From a virus (Duplodnaviria > Heunggongvirae > Uroviricota > Caudoviricetes), in the IMG/VR virus record IMGVR_UViG_3300038345_000251, positions 183,248 to 247,247 of that record: a DNA stretch of 64,000 nt; one strand, written 5' to 3'. This document shows positions 1-11,877 of the stretch, piece after piece. The notes below the pieces were generated by a model that was not told the origin of the DNA, did not search any database, and saw only the letters and a program-made list of their open reading frames with translations. How positions within the stretch are numbered: the first letter of the stretch is position 1; each line of letters opens with the position of its first letter. The position numbers were made by a program, and so were the translations under genes.

Positions 1-1
1 T

Positions 2-3000
2 CCAGATGTTATATTAGGAAATGATAGTAGTCTTAGTGTTGGATATGATGTAGAACAATTTATGTCTACATTTGATATATTTAATGGTTTAACATATGAA
101 AATGAAGAACATGAAGGTAAAAAATTTGGTTTGCTAGAAATTCAAGAAGTCGATTTTACTAAGTCAGGTAGAACACAAAATACTGATGCAACAGGTACTG
201 AAACAGGTGGTAAACCTGAAGATGTAAAAGAAACATTTAATGTTTCAGGCGGTTCACGTTGGGAAAAAGATGAAAATAATGAAGATATATTTATTGAAGA
301 AAAATATGGTAGTTATTCTTATACAATAAAAGAAAATGGACCGAAAAAACCTGAAGAAAGTGCTACTGAACAAGAAAAGGAAACATATAAGAAATTAACA
401 ACTCCTTATACAATCGAACTTAATACAATTGATGATATAACAAATATTACATTACCTGATAGTATTAGTTACAGAATAGATACAGGTGCTAATGGAATTA
501 GGTTTGTTAAAGATACAAATGATAGAAATACATATTATCTTGTAAAAGCTAATACGCCACTTGATGTTAAAGGATATGTTTATACTGTTGATGAAAATAA
601 TAGTAAACGTTATTTCCTTGCTTGTGTATTTGGACCGTTATCAGATAAAAAATTAAAAGCAACATATAAAGACCCTGATGAAAATGATACAGTACAATAT
701 GTTAATAAACCAGGTGATTATGTTTTTGTCGAAGTTTATAGAGGAATTGCTTTATATGGGTTAAAAATCCCTTATTACGATTCTAATAGAGCAGAGACAA
801 AGAAATATAAAAACATAGTTAAAGGTTATTCTGATTCATTGACAGCAACTACTGATAATCCAGATGATTTTTGGAAACTTTATAATAGATTAACAGAAGA
901 TTTTGACATTACGCCATTGTTTACGTTTGATTGGAAAGATACTTCAGTAAAAGCAGTTGATGTATATAATACAATTAAAGATTTAAGCACAACTAAATGT
1001 AAAATAGACTTTACTGATGTTATTACTGATGATGATATTGACATCGAAATAGTTCAAAAAGGTGACGAAAATCGTGAACTTTTTGTTTGGGATAATGTTA
1101 AAGATTTTTACGTAGTTGGTTTTGAAACATTTGATAAAGATAATAGTAGGGATGCTGATTGTTTTGAAAAGAATGTAAATGGTATGGGTAGTACTACTAT
1201 CTATAGAATTTATGACGGTAAAAATCTCAAACAACTTCCAAACTACGATAGTGGTGCTATAGACCCTTACTTGTATATTGTACCAAGTGGTATAACAGGT
1301 ATTTATCCACACCCTGACCAAGATGTTCCTGAACCTGAAGAAAGTGCATTTGTTTGGAATGACAGTCAGGCAGATAGGTTAACTATAGGTGAAGACCCTC
1401 AAATTCTTGCAACAGAACAAAGTAGAAGTAATATTGGATATAGTGTTACTGGTTATACTAATTTAAGAGGTGAAGCCAATAATGATTGGATAGAAACAGT
1501 TATATTAAGAGGTGGTAATTGTACAGTAAGTTTCAAGAAGAATGTTAATAATGGTGAGCAAACTCAGCCAAGAACAGGTACTGTAAGTATATTCTGTGAT
1601 GAAGTTACTAATTCTATTGGTACACTTACGATTATACAACAAGGTGATGAAGGTAATAGATTCTATTGGGGTACTGAAGGTGAAGAAACAACAACAGGTA
1701 CTACAGCAGAAACACAAGGACAATCAGTAACGTTAGATTATAGAGTTACAGGTTATACGAATTTACAAGGCGCACCTGCTGATTCTTGGGTGAAAGATAT
1801 AGTATTCAACAATGGTGTATGTACTTTTACTGTTGAAGCAAATGAAGGTGATAGTGGAGAAAGAGATACAACTATTACAGTTAATAGTACACAACGTAAT
1901 GGTATAGGAACAGTTAATGTACATCAAGACGGTGGTTCATATTTCTACTTTATTGAAGGTGAAACTAAATTAACAACATCTGGCTGTGATGTATCTAATG
2001 CTACAACAACAGTAACAGGTAGTTATGATAGTACTTATGAAACATTAACATCTGCAACAACAAGTGATTGGATAACAGGTATTGTCTTTAATGATGATAC
2101 ATATACTGTAACATTTAATGATTATCTTTGGCCAGATGATGGAAGTTTATTACGCCCAGTGAGAACAGGAACTATAGAAATATACGGTGATGGAAGTGAA
2201 GAACCTGTTGGAACGTTTACTGTAGAACAAGGCTTTACGTTAGAGTTTTATGTAAACGGTGATTGGGAAGATGCTGCACCTGATTATGAGTTTGATACAT
2301 ATACACAACAAACCGTTGAATTACAATATCGTTATAAACATTTAACAGGATTAAATGTTAATGCGGTTGTTGTAAATGAAGATGATGAAGATGTACCTTG
2401 TGATTGGATTACAAATCTTTCAATGGATGGTGAGTATATTAGGTTTACCGTTGCTGAAAATACAACTCAGGATGAACGTGAATGTTTCATTTTAATCAAT
2501 TGTAACGAAGAAGAAGAAATTGATAGTATTATTGTTACACAACCAGGTGTACCGACAAGAACAGTAAGAGTTTCGTTTAATAACAATACGTGGAATATTA
2601 CAAATATGTCAACACGAGTAACAGCACTTGAAACTGAAATTGGCTGTAATATAACCGCACAAGGCGGTACAGGTTCTGCTGTTGGTAGAACATCACCAAT
2701 GACAGAACAGGGTGGTAGTTATGATTTTACTTTTAATGGTATGTTAGAATATACAGATGTTGTAACAGGACAAACAACGTTATATATGACACTTGTTTTC
2801 GAATCATCAAATGTAAGAAATATTCAAATTGTACCTACTGAAAACTGGGCTAAATATGGTAATTATGGTACATATGTATTTAATGATGCAAGTAGTGGAG
2901 AAGGTAGTGAAGTAACAATACAAATGCATGTTAACGTACCACAAGGACTTAATGATACAACAATAACAATAACAAGAGTTGATTGGGACTTGGAAGATAG

Positions 3001-3010
3001 ACAAAATTAA
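2..3010 (+). CDS. Large virion structural protein with C-terminal BACON-like Ig repeats (5'-truncated by window edge)
   Basis: The frame is open from base 2, so ATG 62 is internal. The C-terminal half has ~95-aa repeats of the form F.W...Y...DW(I/V)...N...R.GTI.......Q, typical of BACON domains. Confidence 0.7.
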   Translation, partial: PDVILGNDSSLSVGYDVEQFMSTFDIFNGLTYENEEHEGKKFGLLEIQEVDFTKSGRTQNTDATGTETGGKPEDVKETFNVSGGSRWEKDENNEDIFIEEKYGSYSYTIKENGPKKPEESATEQEKETYKKLTTPYTIELNTIDDITNITLPDSISYRIDTGANGIRFVKDTNDRNTYYLVKANTPLDVKGYVYTVDENNSKRYFLACVFGPLSDKKLKATYKDPDENDTVQYVNKPGDYVFVEVYRGIALYGLKIPYYDSNRAETKKYKNIVKGYSDSLTATTDNPDDFWKLYNRLTEDFDITPLFTFDWKDTSVKAVDVYNTIKDLSTTKCKIDFTDVITDDDIDIEIVQKGDENRELFVWDNVKDFYVVGFETFDKDNSRDADCFEKNVNGMGSTTIYRIYDGKNLKQLPNYDSGAIDPYLYIVPSGITGIYPHPDQDVPEPEESAFVWNDSQADRLTIGEDPQILATEQSRSNIGYSVTGYTNLRGEANNDWIETVILRGGNCTVSFKKNVNNGEQTQPRTGTVSIFCDEVTNSIGTLTIIQQGDEGNRFYWGTEGEETTTGTTAETQGQSVTLDYRVTGYTNLQGAPADSWVKDIVFNNGVCTFTVEANEGDSGERDTTITVNSTQRNGIGTVNVHQDGGSYFYFIEGETKLTTSGCDVSNATTTVTGSYDSTYETLTSATTSDWITGIVFNDDTYTVTFNDYLWPDDGSLLRPVRTGTIEIYGDGSEEPVGTFTVEQGFTLEFYVNGDWEDAAPDYEFDTYTQQTVELQYRYKHLTGLNVNAVVVNEDDEDVPCDWITNLSMDGEYIRFTVAENTTQDERECFILINCNEEEEIDSIIVTQPGVPTRTVRVSFNNNTWNITNMSTRVTALETEIGCNITAQGGTGSAVGRTSPMTEQGGSYDFTFNGMLEYTDVVTGQTTLYMTLVFESSNVRNIQIVPTENWAKYGNYGTYVFNDASSGEGSEVTIQMHVNVPQGLNDTTITITRVDWDLEDRQN

Positions 3011-3012
3011 AT

Positions 3013-5133
3013 ATGGGTGAAATTATACTGACATCAAATAGTGGAACTACCTTTTTAAGAACAGGTGGTGAAAACAATATTAAAATAAAAAGTAATATTG
3101 CTTGGACTTTTTATATATTACCGTTAAACGATGAAAATTTAATTATGACAGATGACGGTAAAGAGGTAGTTGGTATTTGCACAGCAATGACAGAAGATGA
3201 AGAAATACTATCAACGTTATCAGGCACAGGAACAACTACGGAAAATATTAGTTGGATTAATGTAATTAATGATTTAGGTGATAAAAATTATGTTGTTGAT
3301 ATAAATGGTCTTTTTGACGGAAAAAACAAGGGTATTACAGGACAAGGTACAACGTATTTAACAATTAGAGCAGATGAAAATTATACAGGTAAAGATTTGT
3401 TTGCTGTTGGTTTTGCTTCAGGAATTACTGAACCATTATGTGACTTTACTGTGTTTGAACAATATGGTAAAAATTACTACTTTATGTATTTTGACTATGA
3501 TGAACAAGTTTCAGGACAAACAATACATACACCAGGCTCATCTTCTTCTACTGTAACAAATGAAACAATAAGTTTAGGTATAGATAGTAATGTTACAGAG
3601 ATACCAGTTGAAATGTATACAAATACAAAATGTAAAGTAACAATACATGGTTTTAGTGGTATTAATAGTGATATAGGCGAAGAATTTGTAATTGGACCAG
3701 GTGTTACAAGAACAGGCTATCCTGATGAAGAATTCGTTTTTAAATTTCATGTACCCGAAAATAAAACATCAGAAAATGTTGTATATACATTAAGAGCAAC
3801 ATCAGAAGATGACCCAAGATATACTGAAGAATGGTATGTTGTTCATAAAGGAGTAACACCTGAGATTGTATTATATCCAGAAACACAACAAATAACTTCA
3901 AATACAACAGCGTTTACTGTAAATTATCAAATTAAACCACTTACATTGTCAGTTGATTTAGGTATTTTTAAAGAAGGTGTGTTACTTGAAACAAAACATA
4001 TTAGTAATTCAAGTAGTGTTAGTCAAGATGGATATTATAGAGGTGCTATTACATATGAATGTGGTGAAAACTTAAACAAAGGAAATGGATATACCTTATA
4101 TGAAATATCTGGAGAAACTGTTGGAAAGACATTTCAAGTACAATCAAATATCGCACGTATAGAACATTTGTATGAAAGTTGGTACTTTGAATTGATTTAT
4201 GGTAGTCAACATGGATATAGCGTAGATGTATATAATGTTGATGGTGATTCTGGTGGTAAGTATGATGTTGCTGTACATACAAATTATAGTTATACAGAAT
4301 TTAATCTTTCATCAAATGGTAGTTTAATACATGATTGTTCAATAATCCCTGTATCAGAAGATTATTTTAATGTACAGTTTAATGTTGAAATAAATAAAGA
4401 ATCTTCCAGAAGTGGAAGTATTACTGTCAGTAGAAGTGGTGGACCAAGTGGTACTATTAATGTTAATCAAAATGGTGGTTCTGAACCACCATCACCAACA
4501 TATACATTTTATTGGAATTATGATGGTGATGCTTGGAACGGTGATGCTGGTTCATTCAGTGATGGCGGTGAAACTAGAAATGTTACATATCACTCTACAT
4601 ATCCTGGTGGGTTAACGTTTAGAAATCTTGGGTATAATTGGATAAGTGGTTCTGATAGAGGTGGTTATTTTTCGGTAACTGTTAGTGCTAATGATACAGG
4701 TGGTGATAGAACAGGTTCATTTGGTGTTCGATATAACGGAACTGATATTGGTTTTTGTACTGTAAGTCAAGGTAGTCAAACTATTTCTTGGAAATATCAA
4801 TTTAAGTTTAATTACAGTTGTAATAATATTTTGGAAGTTGGTGATATAGCATATATAACATCAGTAACAATTAAAGACAACCAAATTGGTGTATATGCGG
4901 TACCAGATACACCGTTACAAATAGACCCAACTCAATATACACCTTATGAATCAGATGCAGATGTTTACACGACATATGAAGGTGGAACACATGTTTTTGA
5001 AATAAAGATACAATGGAATATTAGCGGAGTTCAACAAAGTGACTATATTGATGAAGTTACTGAGGTATTACCAACAACAGGTGGTAATGTAGAAATAAAT
5101 TTTGGATGGATAGATTTACCAGTACAATATTAA
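3013..5133 (+). CDS. BACON-like repeat virion/tail protein
   Basis: 706 aa with IKSNIAW, NWISGS...ANDTGGDRTG...VSQG motifs; co-oriented in the structural operon. Confidence 0.7.
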   Translation: MGEIILTSNSGTTFLRTGGENNIKIKSNIAWTFYILPLNDENLIMTDDGKEVVGICTAMTEDEEILSTLSGTGTTTENISWINVINDLGDKNYVVDINGLFDGKNKGITGQGTTYLTIRADENYTGKDLFAVGFASGITEPLCDFTVFEQYGKNYYFMYFDYDEQVSGQTIHTPGSSSSTVTNETISLGIDSNVTEIPVEMYTNTKCKVTIHGFSGINSDIGEEFVIGPGVTRTGYPDEEFVFKFHVPENKTSENVVYTLRATSEDDPRYTEEWYVVHKGVTPEIVLYPETQQITSNTTAFTVNYQIKPLTLSVDLGIFKEGVLLETKHISNSSSVSQDGYYRGAITYECGENLNKGNGYTLYEISGETVGKTFQVQSNIARIEHLYESWYFELIYGSQHGYSVDVYNVDGDSGGKYDVAVHTNYSYTEFNLSSNGSLIHDCSIIPVSEDYFNVQFNVEINKESSRSGSITVSRSGGPSGTINVNQNGGSEPPSPTYTFYWNYDGDAWNGDAGSFSDGGETRNVTYHSTYPGGLTFRNLGYNWISGSDRGGYFSVTVSANDTGGDRTGSFGVRYNGTDIGFCTVSQGSQTISWKYQFKFNYSCNNILEVGDIAYITSVTIKDNQIGVYAVPDTPLQIDPTQYTPYESDADVYTTYEGGTHVFEIKIQWNISGVQQSDYIDEVTEVLPTTGGNVEINFGWIDLPVQY

Positions 5134-5136
5134 CAG

Positions 5137-7878
5137 ATGCTTATTATGGAACAGAAGATATTTTTAGAAAAAAATAGAAGTAAGTATTCAGTAAATACTA
5201 ATAATTATTTAAATCTTGATTTGACTGGTCAATCAAGATTATTACCATTTAATGACATTTCAGATACATTAAATCTGAATCAGTTGTATATGGACGAAAG
5301 AGATAACAGTAATAAATATCGAATGATTTTTACTGTTAACCCAATTTGTTCAAACATATTGTTTAATATGAAAACTGAAGTTATGAAAAAAGAAGGTTCT
5401 AATGATTGTACAGTATTGTTTGATAATGAATCTGGTAATACGGAATCTGATTATATGATTAATACTAATCCGTTAACTTTAAGACAGGCAATTAAAGATA
5501 CTGAGTATACACACCCAGATTTGTTTAATGATGGTGTTCCATATGTATATCATTGTGGTGTTGATATATTTAATAATCATATGCTTAGAAATAATGATTT
5601 TATTTATGTTAATAGAACAACAAGTGATGGTTCAGATGTATTTAATACAATTGAAGACCTTGTTCGTACTGTTTCAGGAAATCAAGTAAAGAATGTGCAG
5701 GAAGATGTTACACCTGGTTATGCAACACAAACAAAGAAAGACATACATATGTATCAATATGATACAATATTATCTATGTATAATGCTTTTATTGAAAGAT
5801 TAAAAGAAAAAGATGGGTGGTATGGTTTCAATAATTCAACAAATATTGCAATACCAAATGTTATAATTGGTAGTGGTGATGATGAAAAGGAAGTTTCAAT
5901 AAATAAAGTAATGAATAATAATAAGGCTTGTGAATTTATTGATATGTATCCAGACCGTTCATTATATTCATTTATTCCGAAGGTAAATAAGTATAAAAGA
6001 CGTATCGAAAAGAATTGGGATTACTGTATAACTTATCCTTATGCCAAAGATATTGAAAAGTTAAACGAAATTTGTGGAACTAACGAAGTGGAAGGTAATT
6101 GTGTGCTCAAAATAGTTGAAGCAAAACGTACTTATAGTAGTAGCGCAAATAATATTGTAAGAATGAAAACATTATTTAGACATAATTTTCAAATTGGTGA
6201 TTATATTAAATTATATTATAAAGATGGTGAAGATTTAACATTATTTAATAAGAGAATCAGAATTGTCAATGTTGGAGATTATGAAGGAAATGAAAAAAAT
6301 AGATATTTTACCATTGCTTTTAGTGATATTAGCAGTAGGTTTACTATTGATGAAACAGATAGTGACAATAAAGATTTAATTATTGATGGAAATAATAATA
6401 TTGTACAATTTTATTATAAAAAAGATGTTAATGGTATAGAATGTCAGTATTATTTTAGAAAATTTAAAGCAATCACTAAAGAAGATTCACAATGGCTTGA
6501 TAGTGATGTAAATAAACTTGCTTATGGTGAGAATATTTATGGTGATAGAGTAGCACAAGTTGTGTTTACTGATGATATTGATATTGAAGGATTGGTTGAC
6601 CATAGAGGAAGACCTTTAACAGAAGTATTCTTTACCGTTGTTAAACGTAATGCAGGACATACTGAATGGTATGAAAATAATATTTTTAGAGAATCTGACT
6701 TATCAGAAGAAGAACGGAACAATGGAAAAACAATAGAATTTTCACATTGTTTTGGTAAGGTGACTACTGGTATTGATTTACCAATGGATGAAACTAAATT
6801 TAATGTGAGAAAAATTCATAATGTGAATGTTGATAGTGTTGAAGATAATACATTGATATTTAATGATGATTTAAAAGATGCTTATAATGCTTTTATTGAA
6901 GACGATATAACGATTGATAGTTATAAAGAAGGTGTTATTGCTGATATTGTAGAATATAATCCATATACAGATGTTGAAACAGTATTAGATGTTGTTCAGC
7001 ATAGATTTAATACAGCGCAAAGAGAAACATTAAATCAAAAATATTCTGATATTTGGTATGATGATTTAGTTTCAGATGATTATGATTTTAAATATAAAGG
7101 CCTTGATTCAGATAAACAAGGTAATGGAGATTTAAATGGTTTTATTGTTTCTTCATATATTATAAATAATAGTGTTATGATAGACGAACAAGATACCATA
7201 TTAGAGAAAAAGAATCATGGTAATGTTAATCCTGAAGGATATTTTTATAACCCATATTCAAGGATTTTACTTAAAGAATTAGGAAATGATATTGAAAAGG
7301 TGAAAGGTACTGTCATATCATTTAATTATAATAATGTTGGTAGTGGTACAATTACTTTAAATGGTGGAGAAACTTTTAATAGTGTTACATTTGAAACAAT
7401 TATACCAAGTAAATTAATAAAAAATGATGTATTAGGAATTTATAATAATGAAACTAAAGTACTTAAGTGGGGAATTGTTTATAATGTAGAAGATAATTTG
7501 GTTACATTGTTGGTAGAAGATGAAATTAATCTTGATGAAACATACTCTATTATATCAACGTCTGATGGTGTACCTGCTTATGCAACATATTTACCAACGT
7601 CACATAGTTTCGTTTGGAGACCAACACTTAAAATGTCTGAATTAGAAAATAATAGTGTTATTTTAAATATGCCATTTTCTAATGGTAGACATTACATACA
7701 TCAAAATATAACATTTTATTTAAGAAGACAAGACCCTAATGGTGAGTTTGGATTGTTTGCTTTTGATAAAAATGCACAATATAAGAGTAGATTGAGTAGT
7801 TATAGAATTCCTGGTTGGGAACATATAGACTTATCAATTGATAGATATAATAATGGTATTGGAGCAATTTGTTATTAA
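5137..7878 (+). CDS. Putative virion structural protein (tail/baseplate region), function unknown
   Basis: 913-aa ORF tightly packed in the structural operon; start may be ATG 5146. Confidence 0.55.
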   Translation: MLIMEQKIFLEKNRSKYSVNTNNYLNLDLTGQSRLLPFNDISDTLNLNQLYMDERDNSNKYRMIFTVNPICSNILFNMKTEVMKKEGSNDCTVLFDNESGNTESDYMINTNPLTLRQAIKDTEYTHPDLFNDGVPYVYHCGVDIFNNHMLRNNDFIYVNRTTSDGSDVFNTIEDLVRTVSGNQVKNVQEDVTPGYATQTKKDIHMYQYDTILSMYNAFIERLKEKDGWYGFNNSTNIAIPNVIIGSGDDEKEVSINKVMNNNKACEFIDMYPDRSLYSFIPKVNKYKRRIEKNWDYCITYPYAKDIEKLNEICGTNEVEGNCVLKIVEAKRTYSSSANNIVRMKTLFRHNFQIGDYIKLYYKDGEDLTLFNKRIRIVNVGDYEGNEKNRYFTIAFSDISSRFTIDETDSDNKDLIIDGNNNIVQFYYKKDVNGIECQYYFRKFKAITKEDSQWLDSDVNKLAYGENIYGDRVAQVVFTDDIDIEGLVDHRGRPLTEVFFTVVKRNAGHTEWYENNIFRESDLSEEERNNGKTIEFSHCFGKVTTGIDLPMDETKFNVRKIHNVNVDSVEDNTLIFNDDLKDAYNAFIEDDITIDSYKEGVIADIVEYNPYTDVETVLDVVQHRFNTAQRETLNQKYSDIWYDDLVSDDYDFKYKGLDSDKQGNGDLNGFIVSSYIINNSVMIDEQDTILEKKNHGNVNPEGYFYNPYSRILLKELGNDIEKVKGTVISFNYNNVGSGTITLNGGETFNSVTFETIIPSKLIKNDVLGIYNNETKVLKWGIVYNVEDNLVTLLVEDEINLDETYSIISTSDGVPAYATYLPTSHSFVWRPTLKMSELENNSVILNMPFSNGRHYIHQNITFYLRRQDPNGEFGLFAFDKNAQYKSRLSSYRIPGWEHIDLSIDRYNNGIGAICY

Positions 7879-7882
7879 AATT

Positions 7883-9769
7883 ATGGATAAAGTAAAAATT
7901 TGTTTAACAACACAAAAATATGAAGATACTTCATTGGAAATTGAAAGTATGATAGAAAAAGATGGAATCTTAACTATTATGCTTAAAAATTATCATGCTG
8001 ATATAAATGAAAATACAATTGTTTCATTTATACGTTGTGCATTATATGAAGATGAAACCGTCCCAACATTAATAAAAAGATATGATGCTAATGTTTTGTC
8101 TGTACGTACTGATTTTATTGATGAAACTTTGAAAAAAACAATCATTACAATTCAAGCACCAAGTAATTATAGATTAAATGTTTCTGCTGTAACTGAAATA
8201 GGTGATTTATATCAAATTGATTTGGTTGATAATCATTATCTTTTTCCACAAGACATATTATCACTTGATAGTGGTATGAGTTTTTATTATAGGGATGTAA
8301 ATACAGGTGTTGAAGAAGAAATTTTTAAACTTGGGAACATTAGTTTTTATGATTATGATAAAGTAATAGGACACATTATAGAACCAAAACACGCATTGTT
8401 TAATATGAGTATGGTCAATACCTTTAATCAATGTGACCCAAAAGATTATATATATGAATTAACACCAAATTATTATTATATTGACAATTCTGTTGAACGA
8501 AAAACGTTTTATACTAATTCATTATTAGTTGATTCAGTAAAGTTATTTAATGAAGTATTTGCACCGTATAATTTATATTATTATAAAGATGATGAAGGTA
8601 ATTGTCATTTATGGGAAGATTTTGATAAATACGATGAAATAGGTAATTCAATATCAGACATTAGTGGTACTTCAGTAGAATATCTTTCAGGAACAAAAGA
8701 ATATGTTTATAGTTTTGCTGATTTCGTTAAAGATGATAGTAGTTTAAAAATCAGTTTTGGGTTTGCACAAAACGTAGATTATAAACATCTTTATCAAGAG
8801 AATCTTTTAACTAGTGTATTTGCACAAAAAGTTAAGGAAGCGGTTGTTGATGGTGCACCTGTCATTGATATGGAAAAGGTTAAATTTGCACCATATTATG
8901 AATCAGGCGATACAGAAGTATCAGCATTAACAGCATCAGCATTAACATTTAATTTACATTTTAGATGTAGAGAAGATTTAGAAGAATCTTGGAGATATAC
9001 ATCTAGTGATACGCCTATTTGGAACACAATTGACAATTATCCTAATATTACAGCAAACAATGAAGAAGTTGGTAAATCAGATATGTTGTATTATTTAGGT
9101 TTTACTGATAGTGATGTACAGAATCAAAAGGCTAAAATAAGAAAGTCATTTTTAAGATTATCATTTTATGATAGTAAAGACCCTTTGACACAAAAATTGT
9201 TATATTATTCAACTATTTTTATGGATTCTAGTGAATTGTTTGGTAAATATGTGAAAGCAAGAGAAGAACTTAGAAAAGCAGGTGAATCTACAAATAACAT
9301 TGTTCTCGTCTCAAAAGATTCAGAGAAAAATAGACTTGATTGTAGGTTTACTGTTCGTGATGAATATTATACTGAAAAATGTAGTGAAGGATTCAATATT
9401 TACTACTTTCCAAGTGATGTAATAAATAGTAGTATTATTTATGATGAAAATACTGTAGAAAACTCGGCAAAAACTATTTATATGAAAGTAGAGTTTAACC
9501 ATGCTGGCTTTGGTAGAACAATACCATTTATTGCATGTAAAATGGAACAAAATAAGTTTTCTTTAGAAGAATATAGGGATAACCTTTACATTGAACTTAA
9601 ACTTAAGTATCTTAAAAAAGGTGATGAATATAAATATACTTATTTTGTAACAGACAAAAATAAAACAATTGATATAGATGAAAAAAACGCAACAATAACA
9701 TTTAATTTGTTTGAACCAAAATTAATTACATCAGAAGAATTTGAAGATAAGATAAATGGAAATTATTAG
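7883..9769 (+). CDS. Putative virion structural protein
   Basis: Long ORF; first ATG after the upstream stop is 7883 (MDKVKICL); overlaps the next gene. Confidence 0.55.
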   Translation: MDKVKICLTTQKYEDTSLEIESMIEKDGILTIMLKNYHADINENTIVSFIRCALYEDETVPTLIKRYDANVLSVRTDFIDETLKKTIITIQAPSNYRLNVSAVTEIGDLYQIDLVDNHYLFPQDILSLDSGMSFYYRDVNTGVEEEIFKLGNISFYDYDKVIGHIIEPKHALFNMSMVNTFNQCDPKDYIYELTPNYYYIDNSVERKTFYTNSLLVDSVKLFNEVFAPYNLYYYKDDEGNCHLWEDFDKYDEIGNSISDISGTSVEYLSGTKEYVYSFADFVKDDSSLKISFGFAQNVDYKHLYQENLLTSVFAQKVKEAVVDGAPVIDMEKVKFAPYYESGDTEVSALTASALTFNLHFRCREDLEESWRYTSSDTPIWNTIDNYPNITANNEEVGKSDMLYYLGFTDSDVQNQKAKIRKSFLRLSFYDSKDPLTQKLLYYSTIFMDSSELFGKYVKAREELRKAGESTNNIVLVSKDSEKNRLDCRFTVRDEYYTEKCSEGFNIYYFPSDVINSSIIYDENTVENSAKTIYMKVEFNHAGFGRTIPFIACKMEQNKFSLEEYRDNLYIELKLKYLKKGDEYKYTYFVTDKNKTIDIDEKNATITFNLFEPKLITSEEFEDKINGNY

Positions 9770-11867
9770 AAAAACAATATGTTTGGAAAAAAGTAAGTCA
9801 CGTGTTAATAGTGGTTTACCATACATTGAATGTAATGGAAGCGGAGAAATATTAACTTGTGATACTGTAACTATTGTTAATAGGGAACATGATGTTATTG
9901 TTGAAAAAGAATATCATACAAACAATTTTGGTAATTTTCAGTGTGATATAGATATAACTAATCCATTGTTTAATGACATTATAAGTGCAACAACAACTTT
10001 ACAAGTACCAGGCGAAGATTATATCAGAACAACAAATTTATTTAAACGTTATAATGAACTTTTAGAAACTTTAAGAACTTCTTTACATTTGAAGCATATA
10101 AAAAATGAAGGTTGTGAAGATACAGGTACACATTCAGATACATATTTAACTGATTTCAAATATAGTGGTACAAATGGTGATACTACATATTATTTTTTAA
10201 GAGAGGCTGAAGTTGTTCCTATGTTTGATGAAGAGGGAAACGAAAATTTTGTTAATTTAGGTAATGGTTTATATGAAGGGTATTATGAAAATGATTATGA
10301 TTATGTAATTGTTATTAATGATTATGATAGTTTTCAAGAAGATGGTGGTAAAGAATTAATATTACTTGTTGATAGTTTTCTTGTTAATCCAGATACAGGA
10401 ACAAGTATATCAAATACTGATGGTTTTATTGCACCATATGTTTCAATACCATTATTATTAACACAAAATAAAGATAGTTTAGGTATAATGACACCATATG
10501 TTGATGAATATAATGAGTTTATTTATAGTGGGACAGTTTCTTATGATGTGGCAATGAAATATAATCATGATATTGATAATAATGCAAGCATTTATGATAA
10601 TGTTGATGAATGTGTTAGTGATTGTTCAAAAGAAGAAAGATGTTGGGTGTTACAACCGACATCAATAGAAGAACTTAGTGGCATTACAGAAGATATTACT
10701 GTTGAATCAAGGTTAACATCTTTAAGAGTTCAAAAATACTTTAAATCAGATGATGATGAACTATTACCTGGTTTATTTGTTGATTTCCCACATAATGGTG
10801 TTGGGCCGTTTTTCCTATGTACATATCATACAAGTGTTGATAATCCAGAACATCCAGAAAATAGAATAAAGGGTAAACATTATTATACAAAAGTTGATAT
10901 TAGTGAAGAAACATATGAAAAGGGTAGTTTAGTTAAAACTGAAGTAATAAAACCATATGAAGAAGAAGCTCATTATGCTATTATTGAATATGTACCTTAC
11001 GGTGATGAACAGTTAGGTGATGAACATCTTGAAACTGTTGATGGTGTTGAATATGTGGTAGTAGATTTTGAACAAGATTTTCAATGGTGGGAAATAGATA
11101 ACATTGAGGAAACAGAGTGGAATAATTTGAAATGTGCTGATGGAGAACCAATTAAATGGGGTTCAAATGATAAATATCAAACGTTAACAGTTTTTAATAG
11201 TTTACTCTATTATACAGTTAATTCATATAATTTACATGACAGAAGTTTTTATCATTTCTTAGTTAAATATGATAATTCAGAAAATTCTCCAATGGTAGTT
11301 CCTTATATTGTTGGTGAAGTTGTAAACAAGAGTTTTAATGAATTTGATAGTGCGTATACAGGTGATTACGTAATTAGTATGGAAGAAAATGATGATGAAA
11401 TCACATTTGAATATGTGGTTGGTGCTCATTTTGACAGTGGTTATACGACACCTGTTAGTGATACAGGAATATATTATAAAGAAACATACCCATATTATAC
11501 ATCTATTTCTGCAACAACAACATTAGATAAAGTAAAAGATACTATTTATTGGTATAATGAAATAGATTTTAATAGTGAAAGTAAAGTTGTATATAGCGAA
11601 GACTTGAATTTAACAAGAACAGCTGTAACAACAACTGTTGGCTCAATACAATTAGGTGATGTGTGGAAGTGTGAGGATGGTAGTGTTATAAACACACCGT
11701 TGATTAAAGAAGAATATTTAATGTCAGCATCAATGGATGCTGTAACAGATATTGATGTGGCAATTGATAGAGGAAACGCAACAGCGTTTGAAAGACATTT
11801 AATTCTTTCAGAATGTAATACGTTTGAAGATATAGAAAACTATAGAAATAATTTTTATAATTTATAA
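9756..11867 (+). CDS. Putative virion structural protein
   Basis: 703-aa acidic ORF coupled to its neighbours. Confidence 0.55.
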   Translation: MEIIRKTICLEKSKSRVNSGLPYIECNGSGEILTCDTVTIVNREHDVIVEKEYHTNNFGNFQCDIDITNPLFNDIISATTTLQVPGEDYIRTTNLFKRYNELLETLRTSLHLKHIKNEGCEDTGTHSDTYLTDFKYSGTNGDTTYYFLREAEVVPMFDEEGNENFVNLGNGLYEGYYENDYDYVIVINDYDSFQEDGGKELILLVDSFLVNPDTGTSISNTDGFIAPYVSIPLLLTQNKDSLGIMTPYVDEYNEFIYSGTVSYDVAMKYNHDIDNNASIYDNVDECVSDCSKEERCWVLQPTSIEELSGITEDITVESRLTSLRVQKYFKSDDDELLPGLFVDFPHNGVGPFFLCTYHTSVDNPEHPENRIKGKHYYTKVDISEETYEKGSLVKTEVIKPYEEEAHYAIIEYVPYGDEQLGDEHLETVDGVEYVVVDFEQDFQWWEIDNIEETEWNNLKCADGEPIKWGSNDKYQTLTVFNSLLYYTVNSYNLHDRSFYHFLVKYDNSENSPMVVPYIVGEVVNKSFNEFDSAYTGDYVISMEENDDEITFEYVVGAHFDSGYTTPVSDTGIYYKETYPYYTSISATTTLDKVKDTIYWYNEIDFNSESKVVYSEDLNLTRTAVTTTVGSIQLGDVWKCEDGSVINTPLIKEEYLMSASMDAVTDIDVAIDRGNATAFERHLILSECNTFEDIENYRNNFYNL

Positions 11868-11877
11868 ATAACTAATT

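Noticed and set aside
9473-9482. ACTATTTATA inside a CDS
   Set aside because: It lies about 270 nt from the next start and within coding sequence; it may be chance, so it was not counted as a promoter.
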